Assembly (NCBI GenBank): GCA_041491025.1
Contig: JBGPUH010000001.1
Coordinates: 8,043-72,042 of the forward strand
DNA: 64,000 bases
Reading direction: 5' to 3'
Origin: Candidatus Methylomirabilis sp.
Lineage (GTDB): Bacteria > Methylomirabilota > Methylomirabilia > Methylomirabilales > Methylomirabilaceae
Shown: piece by piece, positions 17,451-26,653 of the stretch
How positions within the stretch are numbered: position 1 is the stretch's first letter
How the letters are laid out: each line of letters opens with the position of its first letter
Program-made: the position numbers and the translations under genes
The notes under the pieces: generated by a model
Told to the model about the DNA's origin: nothing
Databases searched by the model: none
Seen by the model: the letters and a program-made list of their open reading frames with translations, nothing else

Positions 17451-18899
17451 TCATTCCTCATGCCACGTCCCCGGGAGAAGATGAAATGGAAAGCTCTGTG
17501 GCAACCCGGCCATGATGCACTGGCTATACTTGATATTTGGGGTACCGTTGACATCTTCCACCAGCACGCCATCGGCGGCGTTCCCGAACCCGATAATCCC
17601 CCCGATGATCTGGGCGTTCCCGTTGATCTTGTCGATGCGGTCGGCGACGATCAGTCCCTTGAAGGTGCCGCCATTAAAATTGCCGAGGTTTGCCACATCA
17701 CACCCACCCGGATTGGTGCACCCCCCTTGGCCATTCGCATTCCGATGGTGGACGATGAGGACTCCGGTGCTGCCGTCCGGTGGTTGTGTGTAACCACCGT
17801 CCACATACAGGATCCCGTGGAACGCAGAGGTGGGTAATTTCTCCGGATGCACGACCGGGTCGATCTTGATGCTGTCCAGATAGACGTTGAGCGCGTCAAT
17901 CTGGGACTGAGAGGCGCTTGGCCCAAGCAGCAGTGCCCCGATCGTATCCGGGAAGGCTGTTGAGGTACCGCCACAACTGGCCACCCCCGTGCCGGCGGGG
18001 CACTGGAGGTTGTTGTCTTTTTTAATGGTAATGCCGGCGGCTCCGGTGGGGGCGGTCGCCGCCTTGACGGCGCCGCTATCAGAGGGGTTATTCCCGTTAC
18101 AGTCAAAGTTATGGCCGTCAATGACCGCGGCGGCGGACTGCACGTTGATATTGGTATTCGCGGTCACCGTGCCGTCGAGCGTTGGTTTCACATCGTATCG
18201 CTGGATCATGGCCGTGATGGTCTTTTGGGCGGTGCCAGCCGCGCCGATCGACGTGATCTTGAAAATCGGGTTGGCAGCGACTGACGCGCAGGAGCCCAAG
18301 GCGGTTCCTGTAGAACTGACATACTGCCAGCAGCCGCCCACGTAGCCCACCACAGGGGCGATGGTGACCGTGTATGAAGCTGAATTGGACAAGGCGGCCG
18401 CGACCAGGGCACCTCCGGTTGCGTGGGCAGTTCCGGACGATGTGAAGATTCGGCCCGCACTATCGAGATTGGCGGCAGTGCCCCCCCAATAATTGCCGGA
18501 CCCGACGCTACTGGTGCCGCCATAGCTCCAGATGCACGTCGGAGGCGTATATTTCCAGAAGCTTGGACCGGTCGGATCAGCCCACGCAGGAGCGGGCGTG
18601 CCTTGCTGGCCGACCACGACGGGATCGGCCGTGCTTGAGCACGCCGTGGATCCTTCGTTTGAAAAGGTGGTCGGATCCAGGCGCATCCGATAGAACGCTT
18701 CCTGCAGCCCCGCCTCGGCGGCAAGAAACGCTTGAGTAGTCTGGGCGACCCTGGCGCTCGCCAGATTTTCGTTGACGGACAGGTCCAGCATCATGAGTCC
18801 CAAAACCAAGATCACCGCCATGACAAGCACGGCGACTACGAGGGCGATGCCGCGGTCAGATGACACATGGTGCGACGGGCGAAAACGGTGTTGACGCAT
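17451..18899 (-). CDS. pilX: Type IV minor pilin, PilX N-terminal domain
   Basis: DRG/IALVVAVLVM...QAFLAAEAG; ITSIG; ends WHEE. Confidence 0.82.
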   Translation of the reverse strand: MRQHRFRPSHHVSSDRGIALVVAVLVMAVILVLGLMMLDLSVNENLASARVAQTTQAFLAAEAGLQEAFYRMRLDPTTFSNEGSTACSSTADPVVVGQQGTPAPAWADPTGPSFWKYTPPTCIWSYGGTSSVGSGNYWGGTAANLDSAGRIFTSSGTAHATGGALVAAALSNSASYTVTIAPVVGYVGGCWQYVSSTGTALGSCASVAANPIFKITSIGAAGTAQKTITAMIQRYDVKPTLDGTVTANTNINVQSAAAVIDGHNFDCNGNNPSDSGAVKAATAPTGAAGITIKKDNNLQCPAGTGVASCGGTSTAFPDTIGALLLGPSASQSQIDALNVYLDSIKIDPVVHPEKLPTSAFHGILYVDGGYTQPPDGSTGVLIVHHRNANGQGGCTNPGGCDVANLGNFNGGTFKGLIVADRIDKINGNAQIIGGIIGFGNAADGVLVEDVNGTPNIKYSQCIMAGLPQSFPFHLLPGTWHEE

Positions 18900-18911
18900 G
18901 GGCTAGACCCC

Positions 18912-19574
18912 TCACAGATTTCTCAGTGATACGCCCGTTGTGAGCGTAAACGTTTGGGCGGTGGTCGCCCTGGAGTTTTCGACGGCACTCATGGAAAGTG
19001 AGAGCCAGACCACGCTTGCGGGATTCGTCGTCACCGCGCCGTTGTTGTCATAAAAGATCGCGCTCAGACCGCTAATACATTGGGCGACCCGCGTGGCGAC
19101 TGGAGTGGTCGGGCTCCACGTCGTCCCGGTCCAGACCTGACTACTGCGAGTGATGATGCCGACCGTCAATGGATCAGACGGATCGCAGGGGTTGGTCGAA
19201 AACGGCAGGGTTGGCGGGACGAACGTATAGATGATCTGACGCACACACCCATCGCCAATGACATCGGCCACGAGCGTCAGGGTGACTGATGTGGTCCCAA
19301 TGGCGGTGATTGCACCGGCAGGCGGCGTCGGACAGGCAGTGGTTGATGGTTTGTAGCCCGCGGCCCGTAGTTCCTTCGTCATGATGGCATGCGTTGACCG
19401 CACATCCTGTTGGGCCGCAGCCCTGGCAAGACCACGCGAGGCGTTTTGTTGGGCCGTGTCGTACATGAAAAAGATAGCCAACACCACGATCAGCATGACC
19501 GCCATGGCCACCAGCATCTCCACAACGGACATGCCGGACTGTCGAGACCGTGTGGACAGACGATGAGCACTCAT
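18912..19574 (-). CDS. pilW: Type IV minor pilin, PilW-like
   Basis: QSG/MSVVEMLVAM...ELRAAGY...VSLRNL. Confidence 0.82.
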   Translation of the reverse strand: MSAHRLSTRSRQSGMSVVEMLVAMAVMLIVVLAIFFMYDTAQQNASRGLARAAAQQDVRSTHAIMTKELRAAGYKPSTTACPTPPAGAITAIGTTSVTLTLVADVIGDGCVRQIIYTFVPPTLPFSTNPCDPSDPLTVGIITRSSQVWTGTTWSPTTPVATRVAQCISGLSAIFYDNNGAVTTNPASVVWLSLSMSAVENSRATTAQTFTLTTGVSLRNL

Positions 19575-19578
19575 GCTT

Positions 19579-19959
19579 CTACCTCGTGAACAGGGTTTCC
19601 ACGGCGAGTGTGTTGGGTCTACCCCCCCCCGGCCAGGTCACCGTAACTTGGACCTTTTTCACATCGCCCGCTTGTGCGCCGGCCCCGACGTTCGGCGTCA
19701 ACACACAGACCCGGCACCATCCAGGGGCGACCGTGGTGCAGGTATTGAGACAGTTCGCATCGAGCGCGTCGAAATTGGTGTGTTTAAGCGCTTCGATTTG
19801 TTGCAAGGCGAAAGATGCGGCTTGGGTCTGCTGCCCGCCATAGGTGATGTCCGAGTAGGCGGATGGAAACAGACCGGCGAGGGCAAGGAAGGCGATCGTG
19901 ATGATGGCCGCAGCGATCAGACCTTCGATCAAGGTGACGCCCCGGTACCCTTGAGACAT
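19579..19959 (-). CDS. pilV: Type IV minor pilin, PilV-like
   Basis: RG/VTLIEGLIA...QQIEALK...KKVQVTVTW. Confidence 0.8.
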   Translation of the reverse strand: MSQGYRGVTLIEGLIAAAIITIAFLALAGLFPSAYSDITYGGQQTQAASFALQQIEALKHTNFDALDANCLNTCTTVAPGWCRVCVLTPNVGAGAQAGDVKKVQVTVTWPGGGRPNTLAVETLFTR

Positions 19960-19974
19960 GCGCCTACTCCTCTC

Positions 19975-21186
19975 TCAGTGTGCCCGACCGACCACAGCAG
20001 CCAGCTTGAAGATGGGCAGATACATGGCGATGATCAGTCCGCCGACCACGATCCCAAGAAAGACCATCAACACTGGTTCAAGTAGCGCGGTCAGGTTCGC
20101 AACCGCCTGGTCGACCTCGGCGTCGTATGCATCGGCGATCTTGGCCAGCATGTCGTCGAGTGCTCCGGTCTGCTCGCCGACGCTGATCATCTGCACGACC
20201 ATCGGCGGAAATACCCCGGAGGCCCTTAAGGGCTCGGCGATGGTTTTTCCACTGGCGATGCTGGTCCTGGTCGCTTGCACCGCGTCCTCGATGATGGTAT
20301 TCCCCGCGGTCTTCGCGGTGATATCCAGCCCGTCTAGTATGGGGATCCCGCTGGATACCAGCGTGCCCAGAGTCCGTGTAAACTTCGCCACCGAGACCTT
20401 GCGAATCAGCTTCCCAACCACCGGGACCCGCAGGAGCAAGCGGTCGATCGCCCGTCGTCCTCGAGCGGTCCGGTACCAATAGCGCAGACCCAAGGCAGCC
20501 GCGACCATGGCGCCCACCATGAGCAACAGCTGCTCACGAACAATCCTGCTCAATTCCAACACGATTCGGGTTGGGAGGGGCAACAGCGCTCCAGAAGCCG
20601 AAAACAATCCCTTAAAGGTGGGAATCACAAAAACGAGGAGGAAGATAACCACCACGATCGCGACCGTGACGATTGTGCCGGGATAGATCATGGCCCCCTT
20701 GATTTTCCGTTTAAGCGCGTTGGCCTTTTCGATGTACACGGCGAGGCGCTGTAACACGGTGTCCAGGAGTCCACCGGTTTCTCCCACCTTCACCATTTGG
20801 ACGTAAAGACTGTTGAAGATCCTAGGATGACGTGTGAGGGCCTCCCACAACGTCGAGCCAGCTTCGACTTTCTCCCGGATGTCGGAGAGGGCCGATTTCA
20901 ACGTGGTATTTTCCTCCTGAACAGCAAGCGTATCGAGGCACTCGAACAGGGTCATCCCAGCGGCGATCATCGTGGCGAGATTGCGGGTACAGACCGCCAG
21001 CTCCTTGGCCTTCACGCGGCCACTGAACCCGGGGAGTTTCAGTGGAGCTGGCGCGAGCGTGAGAGACAACGGAAATATGCGCTTCGTGTGTAATTCCTTG
21101 ACCGCCGCCTCCGGGCCCGATGCCTCTATGCGGCCCGCGATCACCGCATTGAGGTGGGTCCGACCGCGATACGTAAACACTGGCAT
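19975..21186 (-). CDS. pilC: Type IV pilus platform protein
   Basis: Two T2SS-F domains: GETGGLLD, KIKGAMIYP, GEQTGALD, LLEP, AMYLPIF. Confidence 0.96.
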   Translation of the reverse strand: MPVFTYRGRTHLNAVIAGRIEASGPEAAVKELHTKRIFPLSLTLAPAPLKLPGFSGRVKAKELAVCTRNLATMIAAGMTLFECLDTLAVQEENTTLKSALSDIREKVEAGSTLWEALTRHPRIFNSLYVQMVKVGETGGLLDTVLQRLAVYIEKANALKRKIKGAMIYPGTIVTVAIVVVIFLLVFVIPTFKGLFSASGALLPLPTRIVLELSRIVREQLLLMVGAMVAAALGLRYWYRTARGRRAIDRLLLRVPVVGKLIRKVSVAKFTRTLGTLVSSGIPILDGLDITAKTAGNTIIEDAVQATRTSIASGKTIAEPLRASGVFPPMVVQMISVGEQTGALDDMLAKIADAYDAEVDQAVANLTALLEPVLMVFLGIVVGGLIIAMYLPIFKLAAVVGRAH

Positions 21187-21210
21187 TGTGATCTCCCTCT
21201 GCAGCGTCTC

Positions 21211-22950
21211 TCAGCCACACATGGCGGTGATCCGCGCCACTTCGGTCACAGAGGTCACACCCTCTCTCAGCTTCTCGAGTGCGCTTTGTCGGAGTGTCTT
21301 CATGCCATACTTCATCCCCAGGACTTGGAGCTCTGCGGTGGAGACGTTCCTCAAGATCGCCTCGCGAATTTCCTCGGTCAGCACCATCACCTCAAAGAGC
21401 CCGATCCGGCCGCGATAGCCGGTATCAGAACAGGACATGCAGCCCTTGCCCTGGTAGGTCACCAGATTCTTGGCCTCCTCTGGCGTGCACCCAATGCTCT
21501 CGAGTACCGTAGGGGACGCTGGGGCTTCCGTCCGGCACTCCCCACACACCCGGCGGGCCAGGCGCTGCGCGACGATCAAGTTGAGCGAGGCCACCACGAG
21601 ATACGCCGGCAGACCCATACTGATGAGCCGGTTCACCGTGCTGGGAGCGTCGTTGGTATGAACTGTGCTGAGCACGAGGTGACCGGTGAGGGCTGCCTTG
21701 GCCGCGATCTCGGCCGTCTCAAAATCACGAATCTCTCCTACCATGATGACGTCGGGGTCCTGACGGAGAAACGATCTGAGCATGACGGCAAAGTCCAGAC
21801 CGATATCGGGCTTCACTTGGACCTGGTTGATGCCTTCGAGGTTGTACTCAACCGGATCCTCGCAGGTCATGATGTTCGTGCCGATGGTGTTCAACCGCAT
21901 CAACGCTGAATACAGCGTGGTCGTCTTGCCGCTCCCGGTCGGGCCGGTCACCAGGATCGTTCCATAGGGGGCCGTGATAGCCTGCTCCACCATGGTCAAG
22001 GCCTCCGGCTCGAGCCCGAGCTTGCCCATATCCAACTCGAGGCTTGCGCGATCGAGGAGCCGCATGACCACCTTCTCTCCAAAGAGTGTCGGGATCGTCG
22101 ACACCCGGAGATCCAACTCGCGATCGCCGATATCGAGTTTGATCCGGCCGTCCTGAGGCATGCGCCGTTCGGCGATGTCTAATCGCGCCATGATCTTCAC
22201 CCGAGACGTGACCGCCGCGTGCATCGCTTTGGGTGGAGACATCACTTCGTAGAGCACACCATCGATCCTGAACCGGATGCGAAATCCTCGCTCATACGGT
22301 TCCAAGTGAATATCTGACGCTCCTTTCTTCGTGGCGTCAGCCATGATCAGCGCGACCAACTTCATCACGGGCGCCTCTTCTGAGGCACGCAACAAGACCT
22401 TCGGATCCAACTCGTCCACAACCTGCGCGGCGTCCGGTGTCTGTTTCTCGAAGTCGCGGACATGCTCCAGGGCGCGATCAGCAGTATCGTAGTATTTATT
22501 GAGGGCCCCCTTGATCGCAGTTTCGAGGGCGATCTTGACCGCGATGACGTGCCCAGTCATAAACCGTAAATCATCAATGACCGTGATATTGCCCGGATTG
22601 GCCATGGCGACCGTTAACACTGTGCCGACGCGATGCAGGGGGAGCACGAGGTGTTGGTGGGCAAATAGGGCCGGTACCAACTTGAGGGCGGCGGCGTCGG
22701 GCTTGTCCGCCGACAGATCTACCGACTCCACCCCACACTGCTGTCCTAAACACGTCGCCAGGCGGGCCTCTGTGATGGCACCATCCCGGGCGAGGATCGA
22801 GGCAATCCGCTCACTCGAGTGACGCTGCGTGGCGAGGGCCGCGTCGAGCTGCGCCTGGGTGATCAGCCCTGCCTTGAGCAGCATTTGGCCCAGCAGCCGC
22901 TCGCTGTGGGGGGGTGGGTGGTGCTTAACTGATTGAGGTTCTGTTCCCAC
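21211..22950 (-). CDS. pilB: Type IV pilus assembly ATPase
   Basis: ASDIHLEP, ERRMPQDG, TGPTGSGKTTTLY, LRQDPDVIMVGEIRD, HTND, tetra-Cys; N-terminal LLGQMLLKAGLIT MshEN-like segment. Confidence 0.97.
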   Translation of the reverse strand: MGTEPQSVKHHPPPHSERLLGQMLLKAGLITQAQLDAALATQRHSSERIASILARDGAITEARLATCLGQQCGVESVDLSADKPDAAALKLVPALFAHQHLVLPLHRVGTVLTVAMANPGNITVIDDLRFMTGHVIAVKIALETAIKGALNKYYDTADRALEHVRDFEKQTPDAAQVVDELDPKVLLRASEEAPVMKLVALIMADATKKGASDIHLEPYERGFRIRFRIDGVLYEVMSPPKAMHAAVTSRVKIMARLDIAERRMPQDGRIKLDIGDRELDLRVSTIPTLFGEKVVMRLLDRASLELDMGKLGLEPEALTMVEQAITAPYGTILVTGPTGSGKTTTLYSALMRLNTIGTNIMTCEDPVEYNLEGINQVQVKPDIGLDFAVMLRSFLRQDPDVIMVGEIRDFETAEIAAKAALTGHLVLSTVHTNDAPSTVNRLISMGLPAYLVVASLNLIVAQRLARRVCGECRTEAPASPTVLESIGCTPEEAKNLVTYQGKGCMSCSDTGYRGRIGLFEVMVLTEEIREAILRNVSTAELQVLGMKYGMKTLRQSALEKLREGVTSVTEVARITAMCG

Positions 22951-22974
22951 GGTTACTCCTTCGTCCCGCCACCA

Positions 22975-23004
22975 CCCGGTAGGGGAATGAGGTCCCCTAC
23001 CGGG
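22975..23004 (-). terminator. Perfect 12 bp hairpin between pilA and pilB
   Basis: CCCGGTAGGGGA-ATGAGG-TCCCCTACCGGG just after the pilA stop; no clear U-tract, so possibly stabiliser/attenuator. Confidence 0.6.
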
Positions 23005-23019
23005 ATCCGCGGAGGGGTA

Positions 23020-23487
23020 TTAGCACCCTGACGGTTGGATGGCGCCATAGATCGTGGAAAACCCGACAGTTCCATTACAGTTGTTGCCACTCGAGTTGCT
23101 GTCCGGAGGGGTGGTCGGAGCCGTTGCGCCACCTGCCGGCCCGACGCTCAACACCCAGATCTGGACGGGGTTCCCGCCGGTGGCAAACCCATAATTGTTG
23201 GGGGGAAGGGCGCTTGAGAAGGGATCCACCGTGATACTAATGTACCCGGAGCTCACCAGGGTGTTGAGACCAGCAGCCCCGTTCGCCGGATAGCCGTTCT
23301 TGTCGTTGTTGTAGAGCTGGACCTGGCTGATGATCTGTTTGCTGTCGGCCAACGCCCGCGCGATCTTCGCGCCTCGCTGGGCTTGCATGAGGTTCGGAAT
23401 GGCGATGGCCGCCAGGATGCCGATGATGGCCACGACGATCAGCAACTCGATCAGGGTAAAGCCTTGTGCCTTGTTTCGTCTGTTCAT
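23020..23487 (-). CDS. pilA: Type IV major pilin
   Basis: KAQG/FTLIELLIVVAIIGILAAIAIP; C-terminal Cys pair; AAAGGAGGTGA RBS; upstream of pilB. Confidence 0.88.
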   Translation of the reverse strand: MNRRNKAQGFTLIELLIVVAIIGILAAIAIPNLMQAQRGAKIARALADSKQIISQVQLYNNDKNGYPANGAAGLNTLVSSGYISITVDPFSSALPPNNYGFATGGNPVQIWVLSVGPAGGATAPTTPPDSNSSGNNCNGTVGFSTIYGAIQPSGC

Positions 23488-23588
23488 GTTCTCACCTCCT
23501 TTCTGTGTGGGTTTTTCGTGTCGGGGTGTCTGCCCCGACGGACGCCCGGGAACACCGGGCGGTTAGTGTTCACACCCTTGTGGGTGAA

Positions 23589-25358
23589 TCACACCGTGAA
23601 CGCCCAGACCTGACTGGGGTTCCCGCCGCTGCCATACCCATAATCGGCGGGGGGAACGGCGGTCGAATAGGGATCCAGGACGCTCGTGAGGTTGAGGTAG
23701 CCGGCCTTCACCAGGGTACCGAGTCCATGAGACCCACTCTGTGGGTAAACTCCGTTGTCTGTGTAATAGAGCTGCGTCTGGCTATCTCGCGTTCCAATTG
23801 CCGCGCAGTCGCCACCCCACCCATCAAAGGAGCCCCCGGATTGTACAGACAACGAGCTCTGGGCCGTCAGGGTGACCGTCGTTCCCCTGGGAAAGGTCGC
23901 CTCGCAGGTCCCCGTGTTGCCAGCACAGTTGATCCCGCCCGGGTTGCTCGTCACCACCCCGACCCCCCCGACGCCGACGGTCAACGAGACGGTCGGCGAG
24001 CAGCGCTCCGGCGGGAACAGGTGCTGCTGGATGGCCTGGAACTCGGCTGAGGCCGCGAATTGGGCCACGAGCTGGTCCCGCGTCACCGTCCCCTGGGTCA
24101 GCGTGGTCACAAAGGTGGTGAGGCCGGCAGCATCGGGGACGCGGCCTAGGAAGACCCGGTAGAGCAGCGTGACGAACTCCGTGTTCGTGGTGAGGCGCGC
24201 CTGAAACTCCGGCGAGGCAAGTAAGGTCTGGACGGTGGGCAGGGTGGTGCAGGCACGCTGGGCCTCAGCGACGAAGCCCTGCAGCCCCGCCTGGTCCGGC
24301 CCACGCCCGAGGATCCGGACATAGAGGGTGCTCACGAAGGCGGTCACCGGGTCCTGGGGCGCCAGGAAGCTCGCCTGGGTGGCGAACTCCGCCGAGTCCA
24401 TGAAGATGTCGAGGAGGTTGTCGCGGGTAAGCTGCCCTAGCTGGAGGCTCGTCAGGAAGGCGGTGAAGTCGGCCTGGTCGGGATCCCGGTCGAGGAACGT
24501 GTGGTAGAGGATCGTGAGGAACTGCTCGTTGGTCGTGTTGCGGGCCAGAAACTCCTGAGAGTGGAAGAAGGCGAGGACGGTGGGAACGACCGAGCCGAAC
24601 TGCTGAATCTGCTGGACGAAGGCCTGCAAGCCGGCTGCGTCGGGCTCACGGTTCAGTACCTGCTCGTAGAGGCGCGTGACGAAGGCGGTCGTCTCCTGGC
24701 TACCCGTGGTGATCCGCCCGATCTTGTTGGCAAACACCTCGGTGAACCAAAGCGCCCCGTCCGGGCCGGCGGTGATGCCTTGCGGGCCGCTGCCAATCGT
24801 GGGGAGGCTGAACTCCGTGATGCTCCCGGCCGTCGTGATCCGGCCGATCTTGTTGGCACCTACCTCGGTGAACCAAAGCGCCCCGTCCGGGCCGGCGGTG
24901 ATGTTGGTCGGATTGCTCGCTGGGATGGCGAACTCGGTGATGCTCCCCGCCGTGGTGATCCGCCCGATCTTGTTGGCACCTACCTCGGTGAACCAGAGGG
25001 CCCCGTCCGGGCCGGCGGTGATGCCTTGCGGGCTGCTGAAGAATGCCGTCGGGAGGGAGAACTCGGTGATGGTGGCGGCCCCCGCCACCCCCACGGCGTT
25101 CGCCCGCCACTGCTTGACCTGCACCAGGGTGAAGAGCCCAAGCGACCCGTTCGCTGGGTAGGTGCCTTTGTCCGTGTGGTAACGCTGGGTCTGGGTGACG
25201 ATCTGTTTGGTGTCGGCCAGCACCTGGGTCAGCTTCGCGTCCCGTTGGGCCGCGAAGGCCATGGAAATCCCGGAGGCCACCAGAATCGCGAGGCTGGCCA
25301 GGACGACCAGTAGGTCGGGCAGGGTGAAGCCTTGTAGCTTTCTTCGTAGTCTATTCAT
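23589..25358 (-). CDS. Mosaic pilin: pilin N-terminus, 3 Vgb-like repeats, DUF4214-like repeats, InlB-B-like repeat, pilin C-terminus
   Basis: LQG/FTLPDLL; ITAGPDGALWFTE x3; FV..LY...L.R.PD..G x4; VTSNPGGINC...C...F..GTTVTLTA...F.GWGGDC; pilA-like tail. Confidence 0.85.
   Translation of the reverse strand: MNRLRRKLQGFTLPDLLVVLASLAILVASGISMAFAAQRDAKLTQVLADTKQIVTQTQRYHTDKGTYPANGSLGLFTLVQVKQWRANAVGVAGAATITEFSLPTAFFSSPQGITAGPDGALWFTEVGANKIGRITTAGSITEFAIPASNPTNITAGPDGALWFTEVGANKIGRITTAGSITEFSLPTIGSGPQGITAGPDGALWFTEVFANKIGRITTGSQETTAFVTRLYEQVLNREPDAAGLQAFVQQIQQFGSVVPTVLAFFHSQEFLARNTTNEQFLTILYHTFLDRDPDQADFTAFLTSLQLGQLTRDNLLDIFMDSAEFATQASFLAPQDPVTAFVSTLYVRILGRGPDQAGLQGFVAEAQRACTTLPTVQTLLASPEFQARLTTNTEFVTLLYRVFLGRVPDAAGLTTFVTTLTQGTVTRDQLVAQFAASAEFQAIQQHLFPPERCSPTVSLTVGVGGVGVVTSNPGGINCAGNTGTCEATFPRGTTVTLTAQSSLSVQSGGSFDGWGGDCAAIGTRDSQTQLYYTDNGVYPQSGSHGLGTLVKAGYLNLTSVLDPYSTAVPPADYGYGSGGNPSQVWAFTV
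24703..25075 (-). repeat. Three ~120 bp tandem coding repeats (Vgb-like blades)
   Basis: gatcttgttggca...cctcggtgaacca...ccccgtccgggccggcggtgatg repeated three times. Confidence 0.9.
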
Positions 25359-25404
25359 GTGCTCACTTCCTTCTTTCTTGCCTCACCTTGTTCGAGTTAG
25401 AGGA

Positions 25405-25665
25405 TCACCTCAAATCCCCAGCGGCCGCTAACTCGCGGCCCTTGCGGAGGACGGACCCAACGTCAATGCCAGCTTGACTGGCCCAATGTTCCAAGATCGG
25501 AGACGGGTGTGAGAGAAAGCGCGTGGCATCGCCGCAATAATCGAGGCCAGCGCGGCCGCGAGCGTCGTCAACCGCCTGCTGGATCACGGCGGCCGCGAGA
25601 CGGCGATGGCCCTCACACTTCAGTGGGTTGGCTTCCATGCGGATCGTGCGGACACGAAGATTCAT
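25405..25665 (-). CDS. Small helical hypothetical protein
   Basis: RRLAAAVIQQAVDD...A.RFL...W...AGID pattern of a type I associate with mobile elements; AGGAG RBS. Confidence 0.65.
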   Translation of the reverse strand: MNLRVRTIRMEANPLKCEGHRRLAAAVIQQAVDDARGRAGLDYCGDATRFLSHPSPILEHWASQAGIDVGSVLRKGRELAAAGDLR

Positions 25666-25903
25666 GTGGGGGCTCCTAGTGGTAGAGATTGTCGAGCAAC
25701 GTGCTTAGCGACTCGCCGTTGGGCCGTCTATGAGGGACACCAGGGAAAGAGGTGGGCGCAATTTGGGTTATATTGGGTTGGTCTCTCTTGTTTGAAGGGG
25801 TTGTGGGGAAGAACAAAAACGCCACAGCCCCTGGTGGATGGGGTGTGGCGCGTGGCGTCGCGATGACGCTTAGGCGTGTGTATTTAGAGCGGTATTTTCC
25901 TTC

Positions 25904-26422
25904 TTATCGTTTGACTGCCCGTTGCTGCGCGCAGACCCAACAGGTAAAGATTGTGCTTCTGGCCTTCGGGTTGCCTGGGAAACACTCTTCCCGGTCACGT
26001 TGATGGTCAGCAATCAACACCTTCTCCCGCTCTTCGGAACACGCTTGGACCTGAGCGGGTGGGAGCTGACAACACATGTTATGAATATCTACGGTGCGGC
26101 GGATGGTGTGCGCATCCGCATCGTTGACACAGGAGCCAACCTGTTCAATGGTGGCGGTGACCGCTTGGCCCGGGAGGATCCCGAGCAGCTTGGACACTTC
26201 TCGGGGACAGTAGCGAGCGACCGGCTCGAAACTTTCGGCCACGCGACAGATCTGCTGGTACTTCGTCACTTGAAGCCACTTGAGCTTCACGAGATATTCT
26301 GCCGGCGGCATGGCGCAGAGCTCGCGCACGGTTGAGAGTGGAAGCTGGTGGGCACAAGCTGAGAGGATGAGGCCACACAGCCCCACAGCCACGAGTCTTG
26401 CACGCCACGGCGTCCATCCCAT
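25904..26422 (-). CDS. Cys-rich lipoprotein
   Basis: LILSAC lipobox; many Cys; GGAGG RBS. Confidence 0.65.
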   Translation of the reverse strand: MGWTPWRARLVAVGLCGLILSACAHQLPLSTVRELCAMPPAEYLVKLKWLQVTKYQQICRVAESFEPVARYCPREVSKLLGILPGQAVTATIEQVGSCVNDADAHTIRRTVDIHNMCCQLPPAQVQACSEEREKVLIADHQRDREECFPGNPKARSTIFTCWVCAQQRAVKR

Positions 26423-26508
26423 CACACATTCCTCCATTCTATAGGCTCTCGCGCCCCATTCCTTCACGCTCAGTGCAAGACCGATGCCGGACACCTTGGA
26501 AAATGACG

Positions 26509-26543
26509 AAGGCCACTGGTGGGCAAATCCCGCCGGTGGCCTT
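26509..26543. terminator. Stem-loop, possibly bidirectional terminator
   Basis: AAGGCCACTGGTGGG-CAAAT-CCCGCCGGTGGCCTT. Confidence 0.6.
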
Positions 26544-26600
26544 TATCGCTTCTTGGGTGTCTGTGACTACAAGTTTACTTGTTTACTTTTTTACTTTCCT

Positions 26601-26653
26601 TGAACCATCCCCACGGATGTGAGGACAATCCCCACACCGGCGGAGGTGGTCCC
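26601..26653. repeat. Imperfect 24 bp inverted repeat formed by two type I-E CRISPR-repeat-like units
   Basis: GAACCATCCCCACGGATGTGAGGA-CAA-TCCCCACACCGGCGGAGGTGGTCC. Confidence 0.5.

Noticed and set aside
24703-25075. Tandem DNA repeats as CRISPR or DGR template/variable repeat
   Set aside because: In-frame protein repeats; differences are not adenine-specific; no reverse transcriptase in the window
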